Position numbers and translations under genes: made by a program. Below the pieces are notes generated by a model. That model saw nothing but the letters and a program-made list of their open reading frames with translations, was not told where the DNA came from and did no database searches. From Patescibacteria group bacterium (GTDB taxonomy: Bacteria > Patescibacteriota > Microgenomatia > UBA10105 > UBA927), in NCBI GenBank assembly GCA_023379025.1, contig JAMCTH010000012.1, positions 1 through 55,501 on the forward strand: a DNA stretch of 55,501 nt, read 5' to 3'. Shown piece by piece: positions 45,092 through 53,006 of this stretch (position 1 is the stretch's first letter; each line of letters opens with the position of its first letter).

Positions 45092-45438
45092 GGTTCCGCG
45101 AGGTAACTCAATTGGCAGACTACGCACTTTACACTTCGAATTTGGTCGGAGAGTAGTTCAGTTGGTAGAACGCACGGTTTGTACCGAAATCTGGTCGGGG
45201 TGTGGCGCAATTGGCTAGCGCGCATCGTTTGGGACGATGAGGCTGAGAGTTCGAGTCTCTCCACCCCGACCAGTTTCCAGTATGAAGGTTTACTCGGGAT
45301 GTCGCGCTTTGAATATCCCGGGACCGTGAGGTCAGAGGCTCGAGTCCTCCATCCCCGGGTAAATTCCGAGTATAATGGAAGTTTGTCCGGAAGTATCGAA
45401 AGGTGAGGTTCCGGGTTTGTTTACTCGGCCTCCTGAAC
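45092..45438 (+). other. nested degenerate split-tRNA shells around tRNA-Pro
   Basis: tRNA-like 5' halves at 45097-45130 and 45147-45180, 3' halves at 45320-45357 and ~45397-45436, joined by complementary linkers. Confidence 0.6.
45196..45272 (+). tRNA. tRNA-Pro(TGG)
   Basis: CGGGGTG/CACCCCG, CATCG-TT-TGG-GA-CGATG, GAGAG-TTCGAGT-CTCTC, encoded CCA. Confidence 0.95.
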
Positions 45439-45442
45439 ATAT

Positions 45443-45901
45443 ATGAAAAAGCAAATTCCTGTCTGGTTGATTGCCGCAGTCTGCATCGTAGTGCTTCTTG
45501 GGGGCTATACCATTTATCACTATAAAACGCATCCGCTGGGAGCCGCTGCCGTCATACGGAGTCATCGCATTGCACTACTCCTGGCGGTCACGCCGTCGGA
45601 AAAAGACCGGGGGCTCGGGCACCGTGACAGTCTGCCTCCCGACACCGGGATGCTGTTTCCGTTTGACCGAAAAGCGCGGTACCAATTCTGGATGAAAGGC
45701 ATGCGGTTTCCTTTGGATTTTGTCTGGATCGCGGATAAAAAAGTAGCGGATATCACCCAAAACGTCCCGCCTCCGGCCGGCAGCGGGCCGCTTCCCGTCT
45801 ATCAGCCGTCGGTTCCCGTCGATCAGGTGCTCGAGCTCAACGCGGGTTCTGTAGCAAGACTCCATATCGCCGTCGGCGATACAGTCATCTATACATTTTA
45901 A
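45443..45901 (+). CDS. DUF192 family protein
   Basis: RGL..R..L....GMLF.F, FWMK.M.FPLD..WI, VLELNAG. Confidence 0.92.
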   Translation: MKKQIPVWLIAAVCIVVLLGGYTIYHYKTHPLGAAAVIRSHRIALLLAVTPSEKDRGLGHRDSLPPDTGMLFPFDRKARYQFWMKGMRFPLDFVWIADKKVADITQNVPPPAGSGPLPVYQPSVPVDQVLELNAGSVARLHIAVGDTVIYTF

Positions 45902-45998
45902 TCGAGGCTGTAGTCAACGCTGCGCTCTCCGCGGGAATTGTACCGGCAAGCTTCCCCGTAGCAGGGTGTTATGTGGTAGTCAAGCGGAATATCGTCTG

Positions 45999-46070
45999 CG
46001 CCCTCAGGTAGAATCGAACTACCATCTGCTCCTTAGAAGGGAGATGCTCTATCCGTTGAGCTATGAGGGC
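45999..46070 (-). tRNA. tRNA-Arg(TCT)
   Basis: GCCCTCA/TGAGGGC, CT-TCT-AA anticodon loop, GGTAG-TTCGATT-CTACC. Confidence 0.92.
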
Positions 46071-46325
46071 CCAATGCATATTTTACCCCCACTCTACGAA
46101 AAGCGCTACGGCAGGCGGGAGGGGCATGCTCTATCCGATGAAACTATGGGTGACTGACAGAACGAAACTACATGAGAGGAGGACGGTTGTGACACACCGA
46201 GGCGTCTGAGAATATTCTGGGCAGGAGACGCGGATTTTTTTGATCTCCTGTTCGACGAGATACTAATAGATTTTAGCAAGTTGATGGAAGCTTATTAAAC
46301 ACTTGGGGAAAAATTATTTCAAAAA

Positions 46326-47366
46326 TTAATTTTGATACCGAAGTATCATTGTGCAAAATTCATTAGCCACGGTAAAAGCTGCTGGTTGGTCATAGTTTGA
46401 TAAAACAACTGTAGTGTAATCTAGCAAAGGATACATATCTAAACGCGTATTTGCTCCGGCATATGCGCCTGCATGACCGTAACGTTGGAATTTCCCAGCC
46501 GCTTCCAGAATTTGAAAACCATAACCGTAGTACAGTGATTCATTATTCTTCGTTCCTATTTTGACCCTAGGGGAAAGCATTAATTTTGTTGTCTCCGGGG
46601 TGAACAGCTTGTTTTGCAGTAACGCTTGTGAAAATTTATATAAATCCCGGCAAGTTGAGTACCCTCCACCAGCCGAATTGCCTTTTTTTGGTAGGTCAAG
46701 AGTATTGTTTCGGCGAGGACCATCAATTAATTCGTGCGAAAAAGGCTGGCGATACGTATAGCCGTTGGCGATTCTCGGATTATTCTCATGAGGGTTGAAA
46801 CAACCGCTATCGGACATATTGGCAATATCGAATATATGTTTTTTTACGTAATCATAATACGATATCCCGGATATGGCTTCGACGATAGCACCCAGGATTA
46901 TATAGCCACAATTACTGTACTGGTTTTTTTCGCCTGGGTTAAAAAGGAGAGGTTTCTTTTTAAACAAATCAACATATTCATTTATCGAATCGATTTCCAG
47001 TCTTTTATCAATAAATTGTTTATCCTCCATATAACTGGGTAATCCATCAGTGTGAGTTAACAAATGATGGATAGTCATTTTGTTTGCTACTTCCTTGGGA
47101 TAATCGGATAGATATTTAGCAATAAGATCATTAAAATCCAATTTTCCTTGCTCCCGTAGCTGTCCAATCGCCACTGCGGTAAACATTTTATCCATCGACC
47201 CGATATTAAAAATGGTATCTATAGTATTCGGAATATACTTTTCTTTATCCGCGTATCCGCAGGAATGTTGGAGAAGTATTTTTCTATTTTTTACGATTAA
47301 TACATTCCCTGAAAATAGGTCTTTTTCCGTTTGATTGATAAGAAATGTCTTAAATTCATCTATCAT
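46326..47366 (-). CDS. serine hydrolase, class C beta-lactamase/PBP-like (AT-rich cargo)
   Basis: GSMDK (SxxK), YSN, GHAG motifs. Confidence 0.9.
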   Translation of the reverse strand: MIDEFKTFLINQTEKDLFSGNVLIVKNRKILLQHSCGYADKEKYIPNTIDTIFNIGSMDKMFTAVAIGQLREQGKLDFNDLIAKYLSDYPKEVANKMTIHHLLTHTDGLPSYMEDKQFIDKRLEIDSINEYVDLFKKKPLLFNPGEKNQYSNCGYIILGAIVEAISGISYYDYVKKHIFDIANMSDSGCFNPHENNPRIANGYTYRQPFSHELIDGPRRNNTLDLPKKGNSAGGGYSTCRDLYKFSQALLQNKLFTPETTKLMLSPRVKIGTKNNESLYYGYGFQILEAAGKFQRYGHAGAYAGANTRLDMYPLLDYTTVVLSNYDQPAAFTVANEFCTMILRYQN

Positions 47367-47518
47367 TAATTTCGAGTATATCAAACAAACTATTCGGTGC
47401 TGTTAGGCGTACATGATTTACTTATTACAAAAGCAATCAATTTGTTCAATTCTCATCTCAGTAAAACACAAAGTTAAGCCTAACAGTTTTATCTGATTCT
47501 ATTGAACTAATTTATGAT

Positions 47519-47572
47519 GATTAGCCCGTTATATCAATTCATTCACCACTTTAATAACCAGGCTATCCCGTC
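47519..47572 (-). repeat. 54-nt palindromic trailer, copy 2
   Basis: directly follows the CCA of tRNA-Gly(TCC); 53/54 identical to 39003-39056. Confidence 0.9.
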
Positions 47573-47647
47573 TGGAGCGGCGGACCGGATTTGAACCGGC
47601 GACCTTCTCCTTGGAAGGGAGACATTCTACCGCTGAACTACCGCCGC
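47573..47647 (-). tRNA. tRNA-Gly(TCC)
   Basis: GCGGCGG/CCGCCGC, TCTCC-CT-TCC-AA-GGAGA, encoded CCA. Confidence 0.95.
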
Positions 47648-47674
47648 AACAGCCTTCATTATACAATGAGTCTC

Positions 47675-49393
47675 ATGCATATGAAACGGGGGTTCTTTTT
47701 AGTTATCCTCGCGGCTCTCGTTTTGCCGTCGGAGGTCTTTGCGGTGTATGACCCGACAAGCGTTCCGAACAACCGGTTCGGTATCCACATCGCCGATACC
47801 AATAACATCCCCGAAGTTCCCGCGCTCGTTAATTCAACTGGCGGAGACTGGGGTTACGTAACACTCGTCATTCCTGATTCGGACAGGAATACGGAAAAAT
47901 GGCAAAAAATCTTCAATATTCTACGACGTTCACACCTTATTCCGATTGTTCGTCTTGCAACCCACAGCGACGGCCCGGTATGGATCAAGCCATCCGATGC
48001 GACTCTTCTTGACTGGGTCAGCTTTCTCGGAAGTCTCAACTGGCCGACCGCAAACCGCTACGTCGTGGTCTATAACGAGCCGAACCACGCGAACGAATGG
48101 GGAGGGCAGATCGATCCGGAGGGCTATGCGGACATTCTCAGTATTATTTCCAAGGAACTTAAAGCTTCTTCCCCGGACTATTTTATCCTGCCCGCGGGAC
48201 TTGATGCTTCCGCACCGTCGGGCGGGGAATCCATGGACGAAGCTGCGTTTCTCCGGCGTATGGTTACTGCCATTCCGGATATATTCTCGAGTATCGACGG
48301 CTGGACGTCCCACGCATACCCCAATCCGGAATTTTCCGGTTCTCCGTATGCCGAGGGCCGTGGTACGCTGACGACCTACCGCTGGGAGGAGCAATATCTT
48401 CATTCGCTCGGTCTTACGCGGCAGCTTCCTGTTTTTATCACGGAAACGGGCTGGGTTCACGACGCCGGGATACAGGAAAACCTGCGCTACCTCACTTCAG
48501 ACCAGATAGGCCGCTACCTTCTGTATGCCGCGGGAGCAGTCTGGAATGACCCGTCCGTCGTCGCCGTGACGCCGTTTGTGTTCAGTTACCAGGGCGAGCC
48601 GTTCGATCATTTTTCTTTTAAGGAAGTGGGGGGAGATGCATTCTATCCCCAGTATTACGCGTACCGGAGTATCCCGAAGGTGAGCGGAGAGCCGCTGCAG
48701 CACGAACGTTTTGACCTCCGCGAACCGATTCTCCCCCCGGTCCTCATCGCGGATTCCGTCTACACCGTGACGAGAACGATCGCCAATACCGGCCAGAGTA
48801 TTCTCGACGAAAAAGACGGATATTCATTCTCCCTCACCGACCCTGACGGCTCGTTTCAGGCCACCTCAGAAGCCTTGCCGTATCTTGAACCAGAGGAGAG
48901 CGGTACGCTCACGCTTTCGGTTAAAACGCCGAAAACTTCCGGTGTCTACCGTGTCGGTGCGTCGCTCACCCACCACGGATACCATATTCCGGTTACGGAG
49001 GAGACGGTCCGTATCGTACCGCCACCATCGCTCACCGTGAGCGCCCGGCTCGGGTGGAGAAAAACCAGTACTGCCCGCGGCGTCACCGTGCTTCTTTATA
49101 AAGATACGAAACTCCTCCAGAAATTCACCGGCCTCACGCTCCGGGATGGCAGGGTTACCGTGTCCGGTATCACCGGTATCATTCCCCGCGAACCGTACCG
49201 TGTCGTTATTCTTGTGCCGTACTATCTGCCGAGACAGGCAATCATCGCGTTGCAACCAAGCAGTACGGTCGTCACCATGCGCCGCATGCTGCCGCTTGAT
49301 TTCGACCGTGACGGCGCATTTACGCTCCGGGACATCATGGCGCTTCTCCGAAAAAGCCCGAAGGATATCCTTCCGTACATTTTTTCTCCCTAA
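47675..49393 (+). CDS. secreted clan GH-A glycoside hydrolase-like protein with C-terminal beta/dockerin-like domains
   Basis: signal peptide, YNEPN acid/base, SHAYP, ITETGW nucleophile, DFDRDG....RD EF-hand-like end. Confidence 0.75.
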   Translation: MHMKRGFFLVILAALVLPSEVFAVYDPTSVPNNRFGIHIADTNNIPEVPALVNSTGGDWGYVTLVIPDSDRNTEKWQKIFNILRRSHLIPIVRLATHSDGPVWIKPSDATLLDWVSFLGSLNWPTANRYVVVYNEPNHANEWGGQIDPEGYADILSIISKELKASSPDYFILPAGLDASAPSGGESMDEAAFLRRMVTAIPDIFSSIDGWTSHAYPNPEFSGSPYAEGRGTLTTYRWEEQYLHSLGLTRQLPVFITETGWVHDAGIQENLRYLTSDQIGRYLLYAAGAVWNDPSVVAVTPFVFSYQGEPFDHFSFKEVGGDAFYPQYYAYRSIPKVSGEPLQHERFDLREPILPPVLIADSVYTVTRTIANTGQSILDEKDGYSFSLTDPDGSFQATSEALPYLEPEESGTLTLSVKTPKTSGVYRVGASLTHHGYHIPVTEETVRIVPPPSLTVSARLGWRKTSTARGVTVLLYKDTKLLQKFTGLTLRDGRVTVSGITGIIPREPYRVVILVPYYLPRQAIIALQPSSTVVTMRRMLPLDFDRDGAFTLRDIMALLRKSPKDILPYIFSP

Positions 49394-49435
49394 GACTTTC
49401 TGTGATTCGCCGGGTACGCTATAATACGCGGTATT

Positions 49436-49512
49436 GGTGACGTGTGCCGAACGGCTTAGGCGCTGCCCTGTGGAGGCAGTTTTAGCGGGTCCGACTCCCG
49501 TACGTCACCCCA
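49436..49512 (+). tRNA. tRNA-His(GTG)
   Basis: encoded G-1:C73, CTGCC-CT-GTG-GA-GGCAG, CCA; T-loop TCCGACT. Confidence 0.9.
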
Positions 49513-49557
49513 AGGCTTGTCAATAGCATAGATAACTTGTTAGAACAGTCTAAATTA

Positions 49558-49632
49558 TTGACATAAAAGAGTCACTCGTGTAATATAAAAGTATAAACGC
49601 CTCGTCTTAGCGTAAGCTCGACGAGGTTTTTT
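49558..49632 (+). promoter_or_regulatory. promoter followed by a short terminator-like hairpin upstream of the NYN gene
   Basis: TTGACA-17-TAATAT, then CCTCGTC-TT-AGC-GTAA-GCT-C-GACGAGG + T6. Confidence 0.65.
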
Positions 49633-49649
49633 AGTGCTATACTAAAGCC

Positions 49650-50236
49650 ATGGATACGTACTTATTCATAGATGGAGAAAACTTCTTATACAAAGTTGAG
49701 GATGCGCTCCGAGAATCAGGCATTCCGAAACGTAAAATTGATACAACTCACATCAAGCTTGCCGGACTTATCTCGCAGGCGCTTACCGGATATACAATCG
49801 CAAAGAAAACTTTCTACTCAGCAAAACTCCGATTCTTTGAAGAAACGAAAGAAAAGTCACGAGTGCTTATCAATAAACAGCGAATACTTAAACAAAACCT
49901 AGAAAAACAGGGGTTTGAATTCCTTATCGCCGGCAATGTTCGTCCTCAACAAGTAACGGCAAACGGAAAAACTACATATGTTTTTAAAGAAAAAGGCTTG
50001 ATGTGAGAATCGCCGTCGATCTTATAACAGCCTGTTGCGATAAAAAAATAGATACGGCCATTCTTTGCAGTTCAGATTCCGATCTGCAGCCTGCAATTAC
50101 AGAATTAAAGCGACGCGGAGTAAAAATCGTATATGTAGGCTTTGAATTATCACCGAATAAAGGATTAACATTCACCTGTAACAAGACTATTTTGTTCAGA
50201 AACAGCGAAATTCTCAAATACTGCCCGCCTAAATAA
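49650..50236 (+). pseudogene. NYN (LabA/DUF88) domain RNase split by a 1-nt frameshift near 49997
   Basis: FIDGEN in ORF1, SSDSDL.P in ORF2; expected KEKGVDV is broken (AAA GGC TTGATGTG lacks one base). Confidence 0.8.
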
Positions 50237-50343
50237 AGGGGCGTGAAAGTACATTCAGTCAGCGGTACAACGGTGTTTCGCTCTGTATCCAAATTCGTCA
50301 TCGATTGGTTACTTTCCGCGAAACGCGGTTCTCCCCCTGTAAT

Positions 50344-51372
50344 ATGATGGATAAACGAAACACACCGTCAGGAGCACTTGTGTTTATACTGCTTGGGGCT
50401 CTTATTTTTTCCTATGTCCGTCTCAGGGTGCAAACGGTTCGGGAATCGTCGCCTGCAACCCGTCCTGTTATCCTCATCATGATGGAAAATACGTCCTGGG
50501 ACGGGATAGCCGGCAACCCGAACGCACCGTACATCAACAGTCTTCTCAGGCGCCGCGACGCGGCATATCTTACAAATTACCATTCGCCTGCCGGCATCCA
50601 TCCGAGTGAACCGAACTATGTCTGGCTGGAAGCCGGTATGTCGGAGTCACTTCCGAACGGGAAAGCGGGTGTAAGCTTTACCTCCGATGCGGTCCCCAGC
50701 CCGGGCAATTCTACCTCTACCCGGATCCACCTCTCGACGATTCTTTCGGCAAACGGATACACCTGGAAAGTCTACGCGGAAGGCATATCCGGAACGGACT
50801 GCCCGCTTACGGCGGATCCGTTTACCCGCTATGCCCCCAAGCATGTGCCGCAGCTTTTCTTTCAGGACGTGACCGGTGACAATGCGTCGGGTTTCCCCGC
50901 ATGTATACGTCACATACGGCCGCTCACGGAATTCCTGCCGGATATCGCACACCGCACGATAGCGGATTATTCGGTGGTCATCCCCAATACCTGCCACGAC
51001 ATGCACGATACGATCGGATGCGAATCCGGTGACCGTATTGCAAACGGCGACCGGTGGCTTTCCCGCTTCCTCCCGCCGCTTCTTTCCTCGGGAGTGTACC
51101 AAAACAACGGTGCGGTGTTTCTGACCTGGGACGAGGACGGCACGGACAGCGGAAATCCCATTGGTCTTATCCTGCTTTCGTTCTTATCCAAGGGAAGAGG
51201 GTACTCCAGCGCCAACTATTTCGACACAAGTTCGCTCGTTTCTACCTTCTGTCAGATGTATGCGCTATTCCCGTGCCCCGGACATGCACGGGAAGCCCCA
51301 CCCATGAACATCCTGTTTCAGGGCGATGCAGTTCCACATCTCCGGACCACTATAGGGACCACGACGCACTAA
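50344..51372 (+). CDS. phosphoesterase family protein (acid phosphatase/phospholipase C-like)
   Basis: IMMEN, HPSEPNY, YAPKH.P, P..CHDMHD, TWDE; N-terminal TM. Confidence 0.85.
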   Translation: MMDKRNTPSGALVFILLGALIFSYVRLRVQTVRESSPATRPVILIMMENTSWDGIAGNPNAPYINSLLRRRDAAYLTNYHSPAGIHPSEPNYVWLEAGMSESLPNGKAGVSFTSDAVPSPGNSTSTRIHLSTILSANGYTWKVYAEGISGTDCPLTADPFTRYAPKHVPQLFFQDVTGDNASGFPACIRHIRPLTEFLPDIAHRTIADYSVVIPNTCHDMHDTIGCESGDRIANGDRWLSRFLPPLLSSGVYQNNGAVFLTWDEDGTDSGNPIGLILLSFLSKGRGYSSANYFDTSSLVSTFCQMYALFPCPGHAREAPPMNILFQGDAVPHLRTTIGTTTH

Positions 51373-51431
51373 AAGTGCGCACCCGTGCTTGCTATTGGCG
51401 CCAGCTGTAGTACCATTAAAGGTACGAAATT

Positions 51432-53006
51432 ATGGAATTGCCGAATGTAGTCAATTCAGTAATCCGGGAATTTGAAGGCAAACGTCCGCTTCCCAAAGAC
51501 GGCGCCCACCTTACCGTCAGCCGCACTATATCGGTTCTGGCCGTTCTCTACGAGAAGGTCAGGAACGCCGTCGAGTTCCGGGCAGAACACCTCATACGCC
51601 GCGCGGCGATCGAACGGATCCTCAAACGGCGCATCCTCCTCAACGGCGGCTCGACGACCATCGCGGAAAACCTGGTCATCGAGCTTCTCTGGGCGCGCTA
51701 TATCGACAGCTCTCTCATTGATGACCTGAAGATCCGCGATATCCAAAAAATCATTGAGCGGTACCTCGCCGTCAAACATGCGGTATTTGACCGGGGATCC
51801 AAACCCAAATCCGTCACGTGGGATGACGTATTAGGCGTTGCTTCCTCGGAGATAGAAGAAACATTGGTTTCTCCGAACAAACGTGATGCGCTCAACTCCC
51901 TGTTTTACCAGGCGATCCGGCCGAAAGTCACGATTGCCGGCCGGGACGAAACATTCGTGAACGTCCAGACGTATGTTGCCGTCGAAAGGAGTTTTGCGCA
52001 GTCCGATGACGCACTTATTTCTTACCATCTCATGAAACTGGTCGATCCCGGATGGTTTACAGCAGGGCCGCCGGTCGACGCCACAGCCGTTTCGGCATTT
52101 ATGCATGCGTATACCGGGGTTCACCAGGCGCTTCATGATCCGGTTGGGGAGGGGATCTACCGCTTTGCCCGGCGCCTGACGCCTGCATTTCTTCTGATCC
52201 GTGACCTATTCTATGACCAGGGCGCCGAAGTCCGTAAAACCATCGAAGATCCGGTCGTCCTCGAACAGAAGCTCGCCGGGCTTGCCGCGAAAAAATATCA
52301 GGAAATCGGTACCAAGGTCCGCCGTGCCGTCATCCGGAGCTTCATATACATATTCCTCACCAAAATGGTCTTTGCGTTCGCCCTTGAAGCGCCGTACGAC
52401 CTCTACATCGCCAAAAAACTTCTTCCCATACCGCTGACGATCAATATGCTCTTCCCGCCGATACTCCTTATCCTCGTTGCCGGGTTTATCAGAGTCCCGG
52501 CCGGCGACAATACCAAACGTCTGACCGAACGGATACAGAAAATCCTCTACCGCTTCGATACGCTGAAGGATGAAACGGATCTCTACACCGGCAAAAAGAC
52601 GGAACGCCGGCCCATCCTCATGGCGGTATTCACGGCGATCTACATCCTCACCTTCGGCGCGACGTTTTATCTGATCCATCTTGGTCTCACAGCGCTTCAG
52701 TTCAATATCGCAAGCCAGATTATCTTCTTCTTTTTCGTCGCGCTTGTCACGTTTTTTGCCTACCGCATCAGGCAGTCCGCGCGTGAGTATGAAATTGTCG
52801 AACACCAGGGGGTCCTCGAACCGGTCGTCGATTATTTGTTTCTCCCGATTCTCCGCGCCGGTAACTTTCTGTCCGCGGAAATCGCGCGGCTGAATGTATT
52901 TCTTTTTGTCTTTGATTTTATTCTCGAGGCGCCGCTTAAAGTCATCTTCGAAGTCATCGAGGAATGGATCCGCTTCGTCCGCCTCAAAAAGGAAGAGATT
53001 GTTTAG
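51432..53006 (+). CDS. hypothetical membrane protein
   Basis: 524-aa ORF with host-like codon usage, YEK.RNAVE..EHL.RR.AI.RIL.RR N-terminus, several C-terminal TM helices. Confidence 0.8.
   Translation: MELPNVVNSVIREFEGKRPLPKDGAHLTVSRTISVLAVLYEKVRNAVEFRAEHLIRRAAIERILKRRILLNGGSTTIAENLVIELLWARYIDSSLIDDLKIRDIQKIIERYLAVKHAVFDRGSKPKSVTWDDVLGVASSEIEETLVSPNKRDALNSLFYQAIRPKVTIAGRDETFVNVQTYVAVERSFAQSDDALISYHLMKLVDPGWFTAGPPVDATAVSAFMHAYTGVHQALHDPVGEGIYRFARRLTPAFLLIRDLFYDQGAEVRKTIEDPVVLEQKLAGLAAKKYQEIGTKVRRAVIRSFIYIFLTKMVFAFALEAPYDLYIAKKLLPIPLTINMLFPPILLILVAGFIRVPAGDNTKRLTERIQKILYRFDTLKDETDLYTGKKTERRPILMAVFTAIYILTFGATFYLIHLGLTALQFNIASQIIFFFFVALVTFFAYRIRQSAREYEIVEHQGVLEPVVDYLFLPILRAGNFLSAEIARLNVFLFVFDFILEAPLKVIFEVIEEWIRFVRLKKEEIV

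Noticed and set aside
45181-45319. Self-splicing group I intron in the tRNA-Pro shell
   Set aside because: Only ~60 nt remain besides the inner tRNA; no P3-P7 core recognisable
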